The notes beneath the pieces were generated by a model. It had not been told where the DNA came from, did not search any database, and was given only the letters and a program-made list of their open reading frames with translations. Below are positions 4,888-14,429 of a stretch of 64,000 nt of DNA, piece by piece; positions within the stretch are counted from its first letter, which is position 1; every line of letters starts with the position of its first letter. The DNA is from Myxococcales bacterium. GTDB lineage: Bacteria; Myxococcota_A; UBA9160; UBA4427. Where the stretch lies: NCBI GenBank assembly GCA_014240165.1, contig JAAZXM010000011.1:4305-68304 (forward strand). Reading direction: 5' to 3'. The translations under genes were made by a program, and so were the position numbers.

Positions 4888-7048
4888 CGGCCTTGCCCTC
4901 GACGAAGCGGGCGCGTTCAACCAACGCCGCCAACGCCCGGACCGCGCGGTGGGCACTCGGGTAACAGACCCGGCCAGCCGCACGCACAGCGGCGGGCCCC
5001 GCGTTCTGCGGGTCCGATACCGCCAACTCGCTCACCGAGAGCACCGGCTTGCCGTAGCGTTCCGAAGCGTCCCGGGCGGCCTCGGCGAAACGGGCATCTT
5101 GTTTCTCGTGGTAGCCGACGATGCGTTCGAGCCCGTGTTCCGGGTAGAAGGCGCCACTGCGAAAAACGCCCGCCTGCCCCGACTGAATGCCCAGCCCCAA
5201 ATGAATCACCGCGTCCACGTCGGGGTGGGCCGTCACCAGGTCGATCACATCGGGAATCGTGTCCCGGGTCTCGCCGCTGGCCAGGTCGATGGGGTTGTTG
5301 CGACTCCAGCGCGCCGGCACCCAGGTGTCGATCTTGGCGCGAATGTCGTCGGGCAGGGGAATCAGGTCGAGTCCGGCCTCGGCGCACGCATCGGCGGCCA
5401 GCACGCCCCATCCCCCCACCGAGGTAAAGACCAGGGTCCGGCGTCCCCGGGGCAGAGGCTGGGTGGCCAGGGTCGCGGCCCACTCGAAGGCCTCTTCCAC
5501 CGTGGGCGCGCGCAGCGCCCCGAATTGCTGGCACAGGCCGTCGAAGACTCGATCATCGCTGGCCAGCGAACCCGTATGGCTCGCCGCAGCCCGGGCGCCC
5601 TGCCCGCTGGCGCCCCCCTTGACCAGGACGAGGGGCTTCACCGCGGTGACGCGCTCCAGGGCCCGGCGGAAGCGGTGGCCGTCGCCCACGCCCTCGACAT
5701 AGGCCAGGGCCACATCGGTGTCGGGGTCCACCGCGAAATATTCGAGCAGGTCGGCCAGGCCGGTCTGGGCCGAGTTGCCCAGGGAGACCGCTTTGCTGAC
5801 CCCCACCCCGGTGGCCACCGCGTAATTGAGGTAGGAAGAAACGAGGTTGCCGCTCTGGGAGGCCACGCCGATGCGTCCGGCCGGGGGATAGGGGGAAACA
5901 ATCTGGGCGCAGAGATTCGCCGGCGTCGAGATCACCCCCTGGCCGTTGGGTCCGATCAGCAGCATGCCGAGTTCGTCGGCGGTCTCCACCAATTCGCGTT
6001 GAAGCGCCCGGCCCTCTTCGCCCGCCTCGCCATAGCCGGCGCTGGCCACGAAGGCCGCGCGGATGCCCTTGGCCGCACACGCGCGGAGCAACTCGATATT
6101 GCCCGCGGTGGGCGTGCAAACGAAGACCATGTCGGCTTCGCCCTCGGGCACGCCGCCCAGGTCGGGCAGGGTCGCTTCGCCCAATACCTCGGCGCCATCG
6201 AGCTTGACCGGGAAGATTTCGCCGGCATAACCAAATCGCCGGAGATTATGAAGCGTCACGAAACCGAATTTGCCCGGATGACTCGATACCCCGGCCACCA
6301 CCACGCCGCGGGGATGAAAGAGCGGGGCGAAGCGCGCACGCAGGGCCTCGGCCTCTGCGGGCTCGGGCAATGCCGGCTGGGCAGCGGGCGGACCCACCTC
6401 GACAAGTGCATCCACCGCCACGGGCCGGCCGGCGGAAACGATCAAGGGGGTGAGATCCACGCTGGCCACGTCCGGGCGCTCCTGGGCCAGGCGGGACAAA
6501 CCCAGCAGCAGCGTCGCCAGGGCGCCGCGATCCAGCGCCGGCTCGCCGCGAAAGGGCTCGCGAAAGAGATCCGCCGCCGCCAGGCGATCCACCAAACCTT
6601 CGGCTTCGCCGCGGGAGAGTGGGGCGGCGGCAAAGACCACGTCGCCCAGGGCTTCCGCGAGGATTCCCCCGAGTCCCAGCAGAACGCAGGGCCCGAATTG
6701 CGGGTCCCGCACCAGGCCGGCGATCAGTTCGCGGCCGCCCATCACCTGCTCGGCAACCAATAATTCGACCTCGCCGTCCTCCGGACGAGCCTGGGCCAAC
6801 AAACCCTCGGCGGCGACCTTGACCCCGGCGCCATCGGCGAGACCCACCGCCACCAGGCCGCGCTCGGTCTTATGCGCGATGCCCTCGCCGCTGAGTTTCA
6901 CCACCACGGGGAACCCCAACTCGTCCGCCGCCGCGGCCGCTTCGTCGGGATCCTTCGCGCGTCGCTCCCGGGCGAACGGGATATCGAATGCGCTGAGCAG
7001 GTCCTTGGAAGCCGCTTCCGAGAGAGTCGAGGATGAGCCGGATGCCAT
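4883..7048 (-). CDS. ADP-forming acetyl-CoA synthetase (acetate--CoA ligase, NDP-forming), fused subunits
   Basis: 721 aa from the ATG at 7048 (MASGSSSTLSEAASKDLL...). An ATP-grasp module is N-terminal (GFPVVVKLSGEGIAHKTERG). It is followed by a CoA-binding module (GVVVAGVSSHPGKFG) and a ligase module with the phosphohistidine motif ASHTGSLAS. The first 46 codons of the track ORF are rejected. Confidence 0.85.
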   Translation of the reverse strand: MASGSSSTLSEAASKDLLSAFDIPFARERRAKDPDEAAAAADELGFPVVVKLSGEGIAHKTERGLVAVGLADGAGVKVAAEGLLAQARPEDGEVELLVAEQVMGGRELIAGLVRDPQFGPCVLLGLGGILAEALGDVVFAAAPLSRGEAEGLVDRLAAADLFREPFRGEPALDRGALATLLLGLSRLAQERPDVASVDLTPLIVSAGRPVAVDALVEVGPPAAQPALPEPAEAEALRARFAPLFHPRGVVVAGVSSHPGKFGFVTLHNLRRFGYAGEIFPVKLDGAEVLGEATLPDLGGVPEGEADMVFVCTPTAGNIELLRACAAKGIRAAFVASAGYGEAGEEGRALQRELVETADELGMLLIGPNGQGVISTPANLCAQIVSPYPPAGRIGVASQSGNLVSSYLNYAVATGVGVSKAVSLGNSAQTGLADLLEYFAVDPDTDVALAYVEGVGDGHRFRRALERVTAVKPLVLVKGGASGQGARAAASHTGSLASDDRVFDGLCQQFGALRAPTVEEAFEWAATLATQPLPRGRRTLVFTSVGGWGVLAADACAEAGLDLIPLPDDIRAKIDTWVPARWSRNNPIDLASGETRDTIPDVIDLVTAHPDVDAVIHLGLGIQSGQAGVFRSGAFYPEHGLERIVGYHEKQDARFAEAARDASERYGKPVLSVSELAVSDPQNAGPAAVRAAGRVCYPSAHRAVRALAALVERARFVEGKAD

Positions 7049-7184
7049 GGGCGCGCAGGTTAGTGGAATGCCCAGGCGCGGTCGAACCGCTCCCCATTCT
7101 GGCGACCGGGCGATTCGCACCGCCGCCCCCCCGGCCAGGCCAGATCGATTATTCTCCGGCCCGAGTTCGGCCCAGGGAGGCTCC

Positions 7185-8660
7185 ATGTACGCACAGATCC
7201 AAAATGCACTCGCGGCGCTCGATTCGATGTTCGCGGCCTATATCGTGGCACCGATCAGCGCGGTTCTCTTCTTCGATGTGGCCTTCTGGGACAACGGCCA
7301 GCCCGGCGAGATCGTTCTGCCCGCCGTGGTGGTCTGGCTGGTGGCGGGGGCGATCTACTTCACCCTGAAATTTCGCTTCATCAATTTTCGCGCTTTCCGC
7401 CACGCCATCGACTGCGTTCGCGGGCGCTATACGGATCCGAACGCAGCGGGAGAGATCAGCCATTTTCAAGCGCTCTCGGCGGCGCTCTCCGCCACGGTGG
7501 GCCTGGGCAATATCGCCGGTGTCGCGGTGGCGGTGGGGCTGGGCGGGCCGGGCGCCATCTTCTGGATGGTGCTCGCCGGGCTCTTGGGCATGAGTTCAAA
7601 ATTCGCCGAGTGTTCCCTGGGACAGAAATTTCGCCTCATCGACGAGAACGGCCAGGTGACGGGCGGGCCGATGATCTACCTGCGCGACGGCCTGGCCCAA
7701 CGCGGGTTGCCCCGCCTGGGCGCCGTGCTCTCGGTGATCTTTGCCGTGATGTGCATTGGGGGCAGCTTCGGCGGGGGCAATATGTTCCAGTCCAACCAGG
7801 CCTTCGCCATCGTCCGGGATCAGATCCCTTGGCTCGCCGCCAATGGCGCCATCGGTGCGGCGATCTTCGGGCTCGTGATGGCCACGGTGGTGGGGCTGGT
7901 CATCGTGGGGGGCATCCGGCGTATCGGCGAAGTGGCGGGGATTCTCGTCCCGGGGATGTGCCTCCTTTATATCTGCGCGGGAATGGGCGTGCTGGCGGTG
8001 AACGCCGGCCAGATCCCGGCGGCCGTGGGCACCATCTTCGGCTCGGCGTTCAGCCTCGAAGCCGGGCTCGGGGGCTTCGTGGGCGTACTGATCCAGGGCT
8101 TTCGCCGCGCCGCCTTCAGCAACGAGGCGGGGGTCGGCTCGGCCTCCATCGCCCACTCGGCAGCGCGAACCGAAGAGCCCTTGCGCGAAGGTCTGGTGGC
8201 CCTGCTCGAGCCCTTCATCGATACCGTCGTGGTCTGCTTCATGACGGGCCTGGTGCTCGTGGTGAGCGGCGCCTACGCGGACCCCAACGCGGGCGAGAGC
8301 ATCGCGATGACCGCCTATGCGTTCGCCACGGTTTTTCCGTGGTACCCGGTGGTGCTTTCGATCACGGCCGTTCTCTTTGCCTTCAGCACCATGATCTCCT
8401 GGAGTTATTACGGCGAGAAGTGCTGGGAACACCTCTTCGGCAGCGGTTCGGTCCTGATCTACAAAATGATCTTTCTCTTCTTCTGCTGGGCGGGCGCCGT
8501 GTTCAACGCCGCCAGCGTGCTGGACTTCGGCGACCTGATGATTCTCGGCATGGCGTTCCCCAACGTGATGGGGGTAATCTTGCTCGCTGGCCCGCTGAAG
8601 AAGGATCTCGACGTCTACCTGGCCCGGCTGGGGGCTGGAGAGTTCCCACGCCATAAATAA
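7185..8660 (+). CDS. alanine/glycine:cation symporter (AGCS family)
   Basis: 491 aa from the ATG at 7185, with AGGGAGG SD at 7174-7180. Blocks GEISHFQALSAALSATVGLGNIAGVAVAV and FSNEAGVGSASIAHSAA are typical of AGCS/AlsT. The 245 upstream codons of track ORF 6450..8660 are an antisense shadow of the neighbouring gene. Confidence 0.85.
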   Translation: MYAQIQNALAALDSMFAAYIVAPISAVLFFDVAFWDNGQPGEIVLPAVVVWLVAGAIYFTLKFRFINFRAFRHAIDCVRGRYTDPNAAGEISHFQALSAALSATVGLGNIAGVAVAVGLGGPGAIFWMVLAGLLGMSSKFAECSLGQKFRLIDENGQVTGGPMIYLRDGLAQRGLPRLGAVLSVIFAVMCIGGSFGGGNMFQSNQAFAIVRDQIPWLAANGAIGAAIFGLVMATVVGLVIVGGIRRIGEVAGILVPGMCLLYICAGMGVLAVNAGQIPAAVGTIFGSAFSLEAGLGGFVGVLIQGFRRAAFSNEAGVGSASIAHSAARTEEPLREGLVALLEPFIDTVVVCFMTGLVLVVSGAYADPNAGESIAMTAYAFATVFPWYPVVLSITAVLFAFSTMISWSYYGEKCWEHLFGSGSVLIYKMIFLFFCWAGAVFNAASVLDFGDLMILGMAFPNVMGVILLAGPLKKDLDVYLARLGAGEFPRHK

Positions 8661-8744
8661 AGGCAGGTTCAGGGGCGGGGCTGCTTCCGTTTCGGAAAAC
8701 ACGCGGCTGCCCCAAGCAAAAAAAACGGAAACGAAAGGAAAATC

Positions 8745-9626
8745 ATGGCCACGGAAATCGGCCGCCTCGGTGTCTGGGCGGCCCTCGATGCACTCCCGGC
8801 CCCCGAAGCCGCCGCTTTCGCAAAGCGAGTCGAGGCCTGGGGATACTCGGCGCTCTGGACCCCCGAAGCCGTGGGCCGCGACCCGTTCAGCCTGATCGGC
8901 TATCTCGCGGCTCAAACCGAATCCCTGGTGCTCGCCACGGGCATTGCGAACATCTATGCCCGGGACCCCATGACGATGAAGTCCGTTCTCAAAACCCTCG
9001 GCGAACTCGCCCCCGGGCGTTTCGTGCTTGGCCTCGGCGTCTCCCACGAACATCTGGTGAAACGCGTGCGCGGCCACGATTACACCAAGCCCCTCTCCAC
9101 CATGCGGGCCTACCTGGACGCCCTGGACGGCGCACTCTACATGGGCGCCGAACCCGCCGAAGAGGCGCCGATCGTGCTCGCCGCCCTGCGCGACAAGATG
9201 CTGGGCCTCGCGGCGACTCGGACCCGGGGCGCCCACCCCTACCTGACCCCCGCCGCCCATACCGCCCGGGCCCGGGAGGTGATGGGCCCCGACGCGTGGA
9301 TCTGCCCCGAGCAGATGGTGCTGCTGGAGACCGATCCCGAAAAAGCCCGCCCCGTGGCGCGTGCCCACCTCAAGGTCTACATCGGGCTTCCCAATTACCA
9401 GAACAACCTGAAGCAGTTCGGTTTTACCGACGCCGACTTCGCCGATGGCGGGAGCGACGCTCTGGTGGATGGCGTCGTGGCCTGGGGCGATATCGATTCA
9501 ATCCGGGCGCGTATTCAGGCGCATTGGGATGCGGGCGCCGACCACGTTTGCATCCAGGCCTTTCGCGCCGACGGCAAGCCCACCCCGGACGAGGGCCTGC
9601 TCGAAAGCCTGGCCCCCAATGGCTGA
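8745..9626 (+). CDS. luciferase-like (LLM class) flavin/F420-dependent oxidoreductase
   Basis: 293 aa. The N-terminal RLGVWAALDALPAPEAAAFAKRVEAWGYSALWTPEA and the overall pattern resemble the probable F420-dependent LLM oxidoreductase subfamily. Confidence 0.75.
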   Translation: MATEIGRLGVWAALDALPAPEAAAFAKRVEAWGYSALWTPEAVGRDPFSLIGYLAAQTESLVLATGIANIYARDPMTMKSVLKTLGELAPGRFVLGLGVSHEHLVKRVRGHDYTKPLSTMRAYLDALDGALYMGAEPAEEAPIVLAALRDKMLGLAATRTRGAHPYLTPAAHTARAREVMGPDAWICPEQMVLLETDPEKARPVARAHLKVYIGLPNYQNNLKQFGFTDADFADGGSDALVDGVVAWGDIDSIRARIQAHWDAGADHVCIQAFRADGKPTPDEGLLESLAPNG

Positions 9627-11256
9627 GCCCAACGCCGAAAAGCGGAGTTTCTGGGGCTGGGGGTTTGCGAATGCGGGCCCCGACGCCGCCCAACAAGAAG
9701 GCATCCGCAAGACCACCGAGGGGCGTCTCGGCACGGCCCTGGAACTCGCCGACGAACCGCGGCTCGAGGCCATCGAACTCCCGGCGCCTGGGCTGACGCC
9801 GCCGAAGAGCCTGGCGAAACGCTGCACCACCGACCCCTTCGAGCGCGCGGGGCATACCTACGGCAAAAGTTTTCGCGATGTGGTGCGCGGGGCCCGGGGC
9901 GATTTTTCCAAGCCCCCGGATTTCGTGGCCTACCCCGAAGATGAAGCGGAAGTTGCGGCACTCCTCGATTGGGCGAGCGATGCCCGGGCGGTCGTCGTCC
10001 CCTATGGCGGCGGCTCGAGCGTGGTGGGGGGCGTCGAGTGCGTGGGCAGCGACGACCACCGGGGCGTGGTGACCCTCGACCTCTCGCGCCTGGACGCGGT
10101 GCTCGAAATCGACCGCGCCTCCCGGGCCGCGCGCATCCAGGCGGGCATCTACGGCCCCGCACTGGAGAACGCCCTGCGGCCACACGGGCTGACCCTGCGC
10201 CACTTCCCCCAATCCTTCGAGTTCTCGACCCTGGGCGGATGGATCGCCACGCGCTCGGGCGGCCACTACGCCACCCTCTACACCCATATCGACGATTTCG
10301 TCGAGGGCATGCGGGTGATCACACCGAGCGGAACCGTGGAGAGCCGGAGATTGCCGGGCTCCGGGGCCGGACCGAGCCCCGACCGACTCTTCTTGGGGAG
10401 CGAGGGCAGCCTCGGCGTCATCACCGAGGCCTGGATGCGGCTGCAGGATCGCCCCACCTACCGCGCGTCGGCGTCGGTGCGCTTCACGGGCAAAGACGGC
10501 TTCCTCCGCGGAGCCGAGGCCGTGCGCGCCCTGGTCCAATCCGGGCTCGCGCCCACGAATTGTCGGCTGCTGGATGCCGGCGAAGCCGCGCAGTCTGGAG
10601 CCGGCGGCGGCGAGGACTCTGTATTGGTGCTGGGCTTCGAGTCCGCCGACCACCCCCTGGATGCCTGGATGACGCGGGCCTCGGAAATCTGTGCCGACGC
10701 CGGAGGCATCCTGCCCGAGGGCGGCCCCCGGCTGCAGCACGCTCAGGACGGTTCGGGTACCGGCGGCGCCCAACGCGAAGGCGCCGCGGGCGCCTGGCGC
10801 AACGCTTTTCTCCAGGCGCCCTATATCCGGGATGTATTGGTCCGCATGGCGGTGATCTGCGAGACCTTCGAAACCGCCGTGACCTGGGACCAATTCCCCG
10901 AGTTCCACGCCTCGGTGACCGCCGCGGTGCAGGAGGCCATCGACCGGGTGTGCGGCGGCGGCACGGTGAACTGCCGCTTCACCCACGCCTACCCGGACGG
11001 CGCGGCGCCCTATTACAGCGTGATGGCGCCGGGACGGCGCGGCAGCGAACTCGAGCAATGGGGCGAGATCAAGGCGGCGGCGGGCGAAGCCCTGATCGCC
11101 CACGGCGGCACCATCACCCATCACCACGCGGTGGGACGCGACCACCGCCCCTGGTACGACCAGCAACGCCCAGAACTCTTCGGCCGGGCGCTGGCGGCTG
11201 CCAAGCGCGAATTCGATCCGGCCCATATCCTGAACCCCGGCGTGATCATCGACTAG
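9619..11256 (+). CDS. FAD-linked oxidase, alkyldihydroxyacetonephosphate synthase-like
   Basis: 545 aa from the ATG at 9619, which overlaps the upstream stop within ATGGCTGA. The N-terminus is [16 protein letters not shown]. The FAD-binding PCMH block is [14 protein letters not shown] and the C-terminal motif is [14 protein letters not shown]. Confidence 0.8.
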   Translation: MAEPNAEKRSFWGWGFANAGPDAAQQEGIRKTTEGRLGTALELADEPRLEAIELPAPGLTPPKSLAKRCTTDPFERAGHTYGKSFRDVVRGARGDFSKPPDFVAYPEDEAEVAALLDWASDARAVVVPYGGGSSVVGGVECVGSDDHRGVVTLDLSRLDAVLEIDRASRAARIQAGIYGPALENALRPHGLTLRHFPQSFEFSTLGGWIATRSGGHYATLYTHIDDFVEGMRVITPSGTVESRRLPGSGAGPSPDRLFLGSEGSLGVITEAWMRLQDRPTYRASASVRFTGKDGFLRGAEAVRALVQSGLAPTNCRLLDAGEAAQSGAGGGEDSVLVLGFESADHPLDAWMTRASEICADAGGILPEGGPRLQHAQDGSGTGGAQREGAAGAWRNAFLQAPYIRDVLVRMAVICETFETAVTWDQFPEFHASVTAAVQEAIDRVCGGGTVNCRFTHAYPDGAAPYYSVMAPGRRGSELEQWGEIKAAAGEALIAHGGTITHHHAVGRDHRPWYDQQRPELFGRALAAAKREFDPAHILNPGVIID

Positions 11257-11327
11257 GCCGGATTCGGCCCGCCGAGAGCGCCTTTCGGCTTTCCGCCAAC
11301 CGCCGAGCCCTCTATGCTTGGGCGCCC

Positions 11328-12557
11328 ATGACTCGAATCAACGACCACTACCAGAAGCTCCAAGCTGGCTATCTCTTTCCCGAAATCGGAAGGCGCGTCG
11401 CCGCATTCCAGCAGGACAACCCCGACGCCGCCGTCATCAAGCTCGGCATCGGGGACGTCACCCTGCCCCTGGTCCCCGCCATCATCGAGGCCCTCCACGC
11501 CGCCGTGGACGAGATGGGCAGCCAGGCCTACGGCTACGGCCCCGAGAACGGCTACCCCTTCCTCAAGGAAGCAATCGCTCAGCACGATTATGCCGCCCGG
11601 GGAGTCGAGATCGCCCTGGACGAGATCTTCGTATCCGACGGCAGCAAGCAGGACAGCGGGAACGTCCAGGAGATTTTCGACGTGGGCAACACGCTCTGCG
11701 TCACCGACCCCTCCTACCCGGTCTACGTCGACACCAATGTCATGGCCGGACGCACCGGGGACGCAGACGAAACCGGCCGCTTCCAAGGCATCACCTATCT
11801 TCCCGCAACCGAGGACAACGCCTTCACGCCCGGCCCGCCGAACGAGCGGGTAGACCTCGCCTATCTCTGCTCGCCCAACAACCCCACCGGTGCCGTGGCG
11901 ACGAAGGAGAATCTCGCCCAATGGGTCGCATGGGCGCGGAGCAACGACGCGGTGATTCTTTTCGACGCCGCGTACGACGCCTTCATCCAGGACCCGGAGC
12001 TGCCGCGCTCGATCTTCGAGATCGAAGGCGCCACCGAGTGCGCCATCGAGATGCGCAGCTTCTCCAAGCGCGCCGGCTTCACGGGCACCCGCTGCGCGTA
12101 CATGACGGTTCCCAAGGCGGTGATGGGACGAAGCGCCTCGGGCGAAGCCGTTTCGCTCAACGCCCTTTGGTCTCGGCGGCATTCCACCAAATTCAACGAG
12201 GTTCCCTACGTGATCCAGAAAGCCGCAGCAGCGGTCTTCTCCCCGGATGGCGCCGCCCAAACCGCCGAGCAGGTAGCCTATTACATGGAAAACGCCCGCC
12301 GCATCCGCGGGGGCCTGGGCGACGCGGGCTTCGCGGTCTTTGGCGGCGAGCACGCGCCCTATATCTGGATGCGCACCCCCGGCGGCGCCTCGAGCTGGGA
12401 TTTCTTCGACCAACTCCTCGAGCGCAGCCACGTGGTGGGCACCCCCGGCTCGGGCTTCGGGCCCGCCGGCGAGGGCTATTTCCGGATCAGCGCCTTCAAT
12501 TCCCACGAGAACGTCGACGAGGCTATCGAGCGAATTCGCAAGGGCTTCGGCAGCTGA
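11328..12557 (+). CDS. dapL: LL-diaminopimelate aminotransferase
   Basis: 409 aa from the ATG at 11328. [24 protein letters not shown]...[12 protein letters not shown]...FVSDGSKQD...[13 protein letters not shown] is the classic DapL pattern with a PLP lysine. Confidence 0.85.
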   Translation: MTRINDHYQKLQAGYLFPEIGRRVAAFQQDNPDAAVIKLGIGDVTLPLVPAIIEALHAAVDEMGSQAYGYGPENGYPFLKEAIAQHDYAARGVEIALDEIFVSDGSKQDSGNVQEIFDVGNTLCVTDPSYPVYVDTNVMAGRTGDADETGRFQGITYLPATEDNAFTPGPPNERVDLAYLCSPNNPTGAVATKENLAQWVAWARSNDAVILFDAAYDAFIQDPELPRSIFEIEGATECAIEMRSFSKRAGFTGTRCAYMTVPKAVMGRSASGEAVSLNALWSRRHSTKFNEVPYVIQKAAAAVFSPDGAAQTAEQVAYYMENARRIRGGLGDAGFAVFGGEHAPYIWMRTPGGASSWDFFDQLLERSHVVGTPGSGFGPAGEGYFRISAFNSHENVDEAIERIRKGFGS

Positions 12558-12637
12558 GGCCTCACGCTGCCCCTGCCCGCTGCCCCTGCCCCTGCCCGCT
12601 GCGCTGAAAACCCTCCGGGAGCTTGCCCCGAATCCGC

Positions 12638-12666
12638 TTGACGGAGTTGCACTTCTATCTTAATTG
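12638..12666 (+). promoter_or_regulatory. sigma70-like promoter candidate
   Basis: TTGACG (12638-12643), a 17-nt spacer, then TAATTG (12661-12666). It lies about 75 nt upstream of the ATG at 12741. Confidence 0.35.
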
Positions 12667-12740
12667 TCCGAGCCCATTCAACCGAACCCCCGATGGCGGC
12701 TCCGTAGCTGGCATCGCAACTCGCAATTGGAGTCCACAGC

Positions 12741-13349
12741 ATGGCACCCGATACGACTTTTGGTCCTCCCGCCCACATGGCCGCTTTCAGTGATGTCGAC
12801 GAAAACTGGGGCCCGCTCGCCAAGCTCGCCGGTCAATGGGCTGGCGATCAAGGTCGCGACTTCTCGTACTCCTACTCGGAGAAAGCCGACACCGAGAACC
12901 TCTACCGCGAGGAGATCACTTTCGACCCCTTCGGCCCGGTGGATAACGGACCCCAATCCCTCTACGCCCTGGACTACCGCATGAAGGCCTGGCGCATTGG
13001 AGCCGACGACTTCTTTCACATGGAGGTCGGCTACTGGCTCTGGGAGCCCGCCACGGAAAAGATCTACCGCTGCTTCATGGTCCCGCGCTCGACCAATATC
13101 ATTGCATCGGGAACCGCCGCCGCAGGCGCCACAAGCTTCCACCTGGAGGCCAAGCAGGGTTCTGCAACCAACGGCATCTTGCAGAACGACTACCTCTTCG
13201 AGGGCGCCGCGCGAACCGTGAGCTACACCCTCGACGTCGATCTCTCGGGCGGAGGCTACGCCTACAAAGAAGACACGACGATGGAAATGGCCGCTCATGG
13301 TGGCGCGGAAATGCACCATACGGATGAGAACACCCTTTCGAAGGCCTAG
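12741..13349 (+). CDS. heme-binding beta-barrel (nitrobindin/DUF1794-like) domain protein
   Basis: 202 aa. LAKLAGQWAGDQGRDFSYSY...YREEITFDPFGPV...LYALDYRMKAWR resembles the THAP4/nitrobindin-type barrel pattern. Confidence 0.5.
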   Translation: MAPDTTFGPPAHMAAFSDVDENWGPLAKLAGQWAGDQGRDFSYSYSEKADTENLYREEITFDPFGPVDNGPQSLYALDYRMKAWRIGADDFFHMEVGYWLWEPATEKIYRCFMVPRSTNIIASGTAAAGATSFHLEAKQGSATNGILQNDYLFEGAARTVSYTLDVDLSGGGYAYKEDTTMEMAAHGGAEMHHTDENTLSKA

Positions 13350-13396
13350 TCTCAGACTACCCGGCGAAGCGATGCGCAAAGGCCGGAAATTTGAAC

Positions 13397-13437
13397 GGGC
13401 CGGCCCCACTTGACTGGGGCCGGCCCTCTTCGTTTCA
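13397..13437 (+). terminator. intrinsic terminator
   Basis: GGGCCGGCCCCA-cttgac-TGGGGCCGGCCC is a perfect 12-bp stem followed by TCTTCGTTTC. It lies 48 nt after the stop at 13349. Confidence 0.6.
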
Positions 13438-13550
13438 AGACGGGCGACGCCGAGGCTTCGAGGCAGTGGCCAGCCTCCTCCCGAACTTGTGACCCCGAAG
13501 CGGGGTTGCTACCACGCTGCAAGACCCAGCACCCCAACCAGGAGTTCCCC

Positions 13551-14429
13551 ATGCCCCGGTTCCGAATCGTTGGCCTCATTGCCGCCCTGGTTCTTTTCGC
13601 CCTCGGCAGCGGCTGCAGTACACCCGCCCAGAACACCACTTTCGCGGACCCCTCTGCGCCGATTCTCAGCCGAATCGCCCAGACCGGCATCCTGCGGGTG
13701 GGCATGTCGGGCGATCAGCCCCCCTTCAACGCCAAGACCCGAACCGGGCAGATCATCGGCATCGAAGCCGACCTCGCGAATGCCCTGGCGGGGGGCATGG
13801 GGGTGCGTGCCGAATTCGTGGAAATGCCCTTCGGCGAACTCCTGGGAGCCCTCGAAGCGGGAAAGTTGGACATCGTCCTCTCCCAGGTGACCATGACCAC
13901 CGAGCGCAACCGCCGAGTGGCTTTCACCCACCCCTATTTCGTGACCGGCAAGGCCATTCTCACCCGATCCGAGGTCTTGTCCCGGGCCCAATCCAGCGAG
14001 GACCTGGACATCACCGGCCTGCGGATCTCCGCCCTGGCGGGCTCCACCAGCGAGGATTTCATCCGCGGGCGACTGCCCAGCGCCCGGCTCAGCACCACAC
14101 TCGATTCCGACCAGGCGGTCCGTCTGCTCTTGAGCGGCAAGGTGGACGCCATGATGGCGGATCTGCCCATCTGCGTGATCGCCCTGCTCCGCAACCCGGG
14201 TGCCGGGCTCGTCGCAGTCTCTTCGCCCTTTACCTACGAGCCCATCGCCGCCGCCCTCCCCGCCCACGACACCCTCTTCCTCAATCTCGTCGACAACTTC
14301 ATGCGAAATCTCGAGGGCTCCGGGCTGATGCAGGAATTGACCCTGCGCTGGTTCAACGATCCCACCTGGCTCGATGCCATTCCGAGTCGCGACCCGGGCC
14401 AGGGGCCCGGCCCAAGGGCGCCCCAATGA
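13551..14429 (+). CDS. family-3 (amino-acid type) substrate-binding lipoprotein
   Basis: 292 aa from the ATG at 13551, with AGGAG SD. Lipobox LGSGC. GILRVGMSGDQPPFN and DIVLSQVTMTTERNRRVAFTHPYF are typical of SBP_bac_3. No permease or ATPase is adjacent. Confidence 0.75.
   Translation: MPRFRIVGLIAALVLFALGSGCSTPAQNTTFADPSAPILSRIAQTGILRVGMSGDQPPFNAKTRTGQIIGIEADLANALAGGMGVRAEFVEMPFGELLGALEAGKLDIVLSQVTMTTERNRRVAFTHPYFVTGKAILTRSEVLSRAQSSEDLDITGLRISALAGSTSEDFIRGRLPSARLSTTLDSDQAVRLLLSGKVDAMMADLPICVIALLRNPGAGLVAVSSPFTYEPIAAALPAHDTLFLNLVDNFMRNLEGSGLMQELTLRWFNDPTWLDAIPSRDPGQGPGPRAPQ

Noticed and set aside
4949-6763. A 604-aa plus-strand ORF opposite the acetyl-CoA synthetase gene. Similar long antisense ORFs are 7596..9368 (-), 9424..11226 (-), 24909..26564 (+), 29544..32393 (+), 37706..39742 (+) and 58385..60451 (+).
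   Set aside because: Each lies antisense to a gene with clear family motifs. Each has an R/G/P/H-rich low-complexity translation with no recognisable domain and no SD. Long stop-free antisense frames are expected in GC-rich DNA.
6450-7184. 5' extensions of track ORFs ahead of the real starts: 6450-7184 for the symporter, 9969-11327 for dapL, 49111-49782, 13410-13550, 17293-17514, 45012-45356, 34383..35669 beyond 35261, and 18150..19340 beyond 19172.
   Set aside because: The extensions overlap other well-supported genes or have junk composition. Internal start codons with an SD and a sensible N-terminus (signal peptide or conserved family N-terminus) are present.
7049-7184. A possible glycine riboswitch upstream of the alanine/glycine symporter.
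   Set aside because: The region is only 136 nt and is shared with a divergent gene. It has no ACCGAAGGGGCAA or CUCAGGCAAAAGGAC-type conserved cores.
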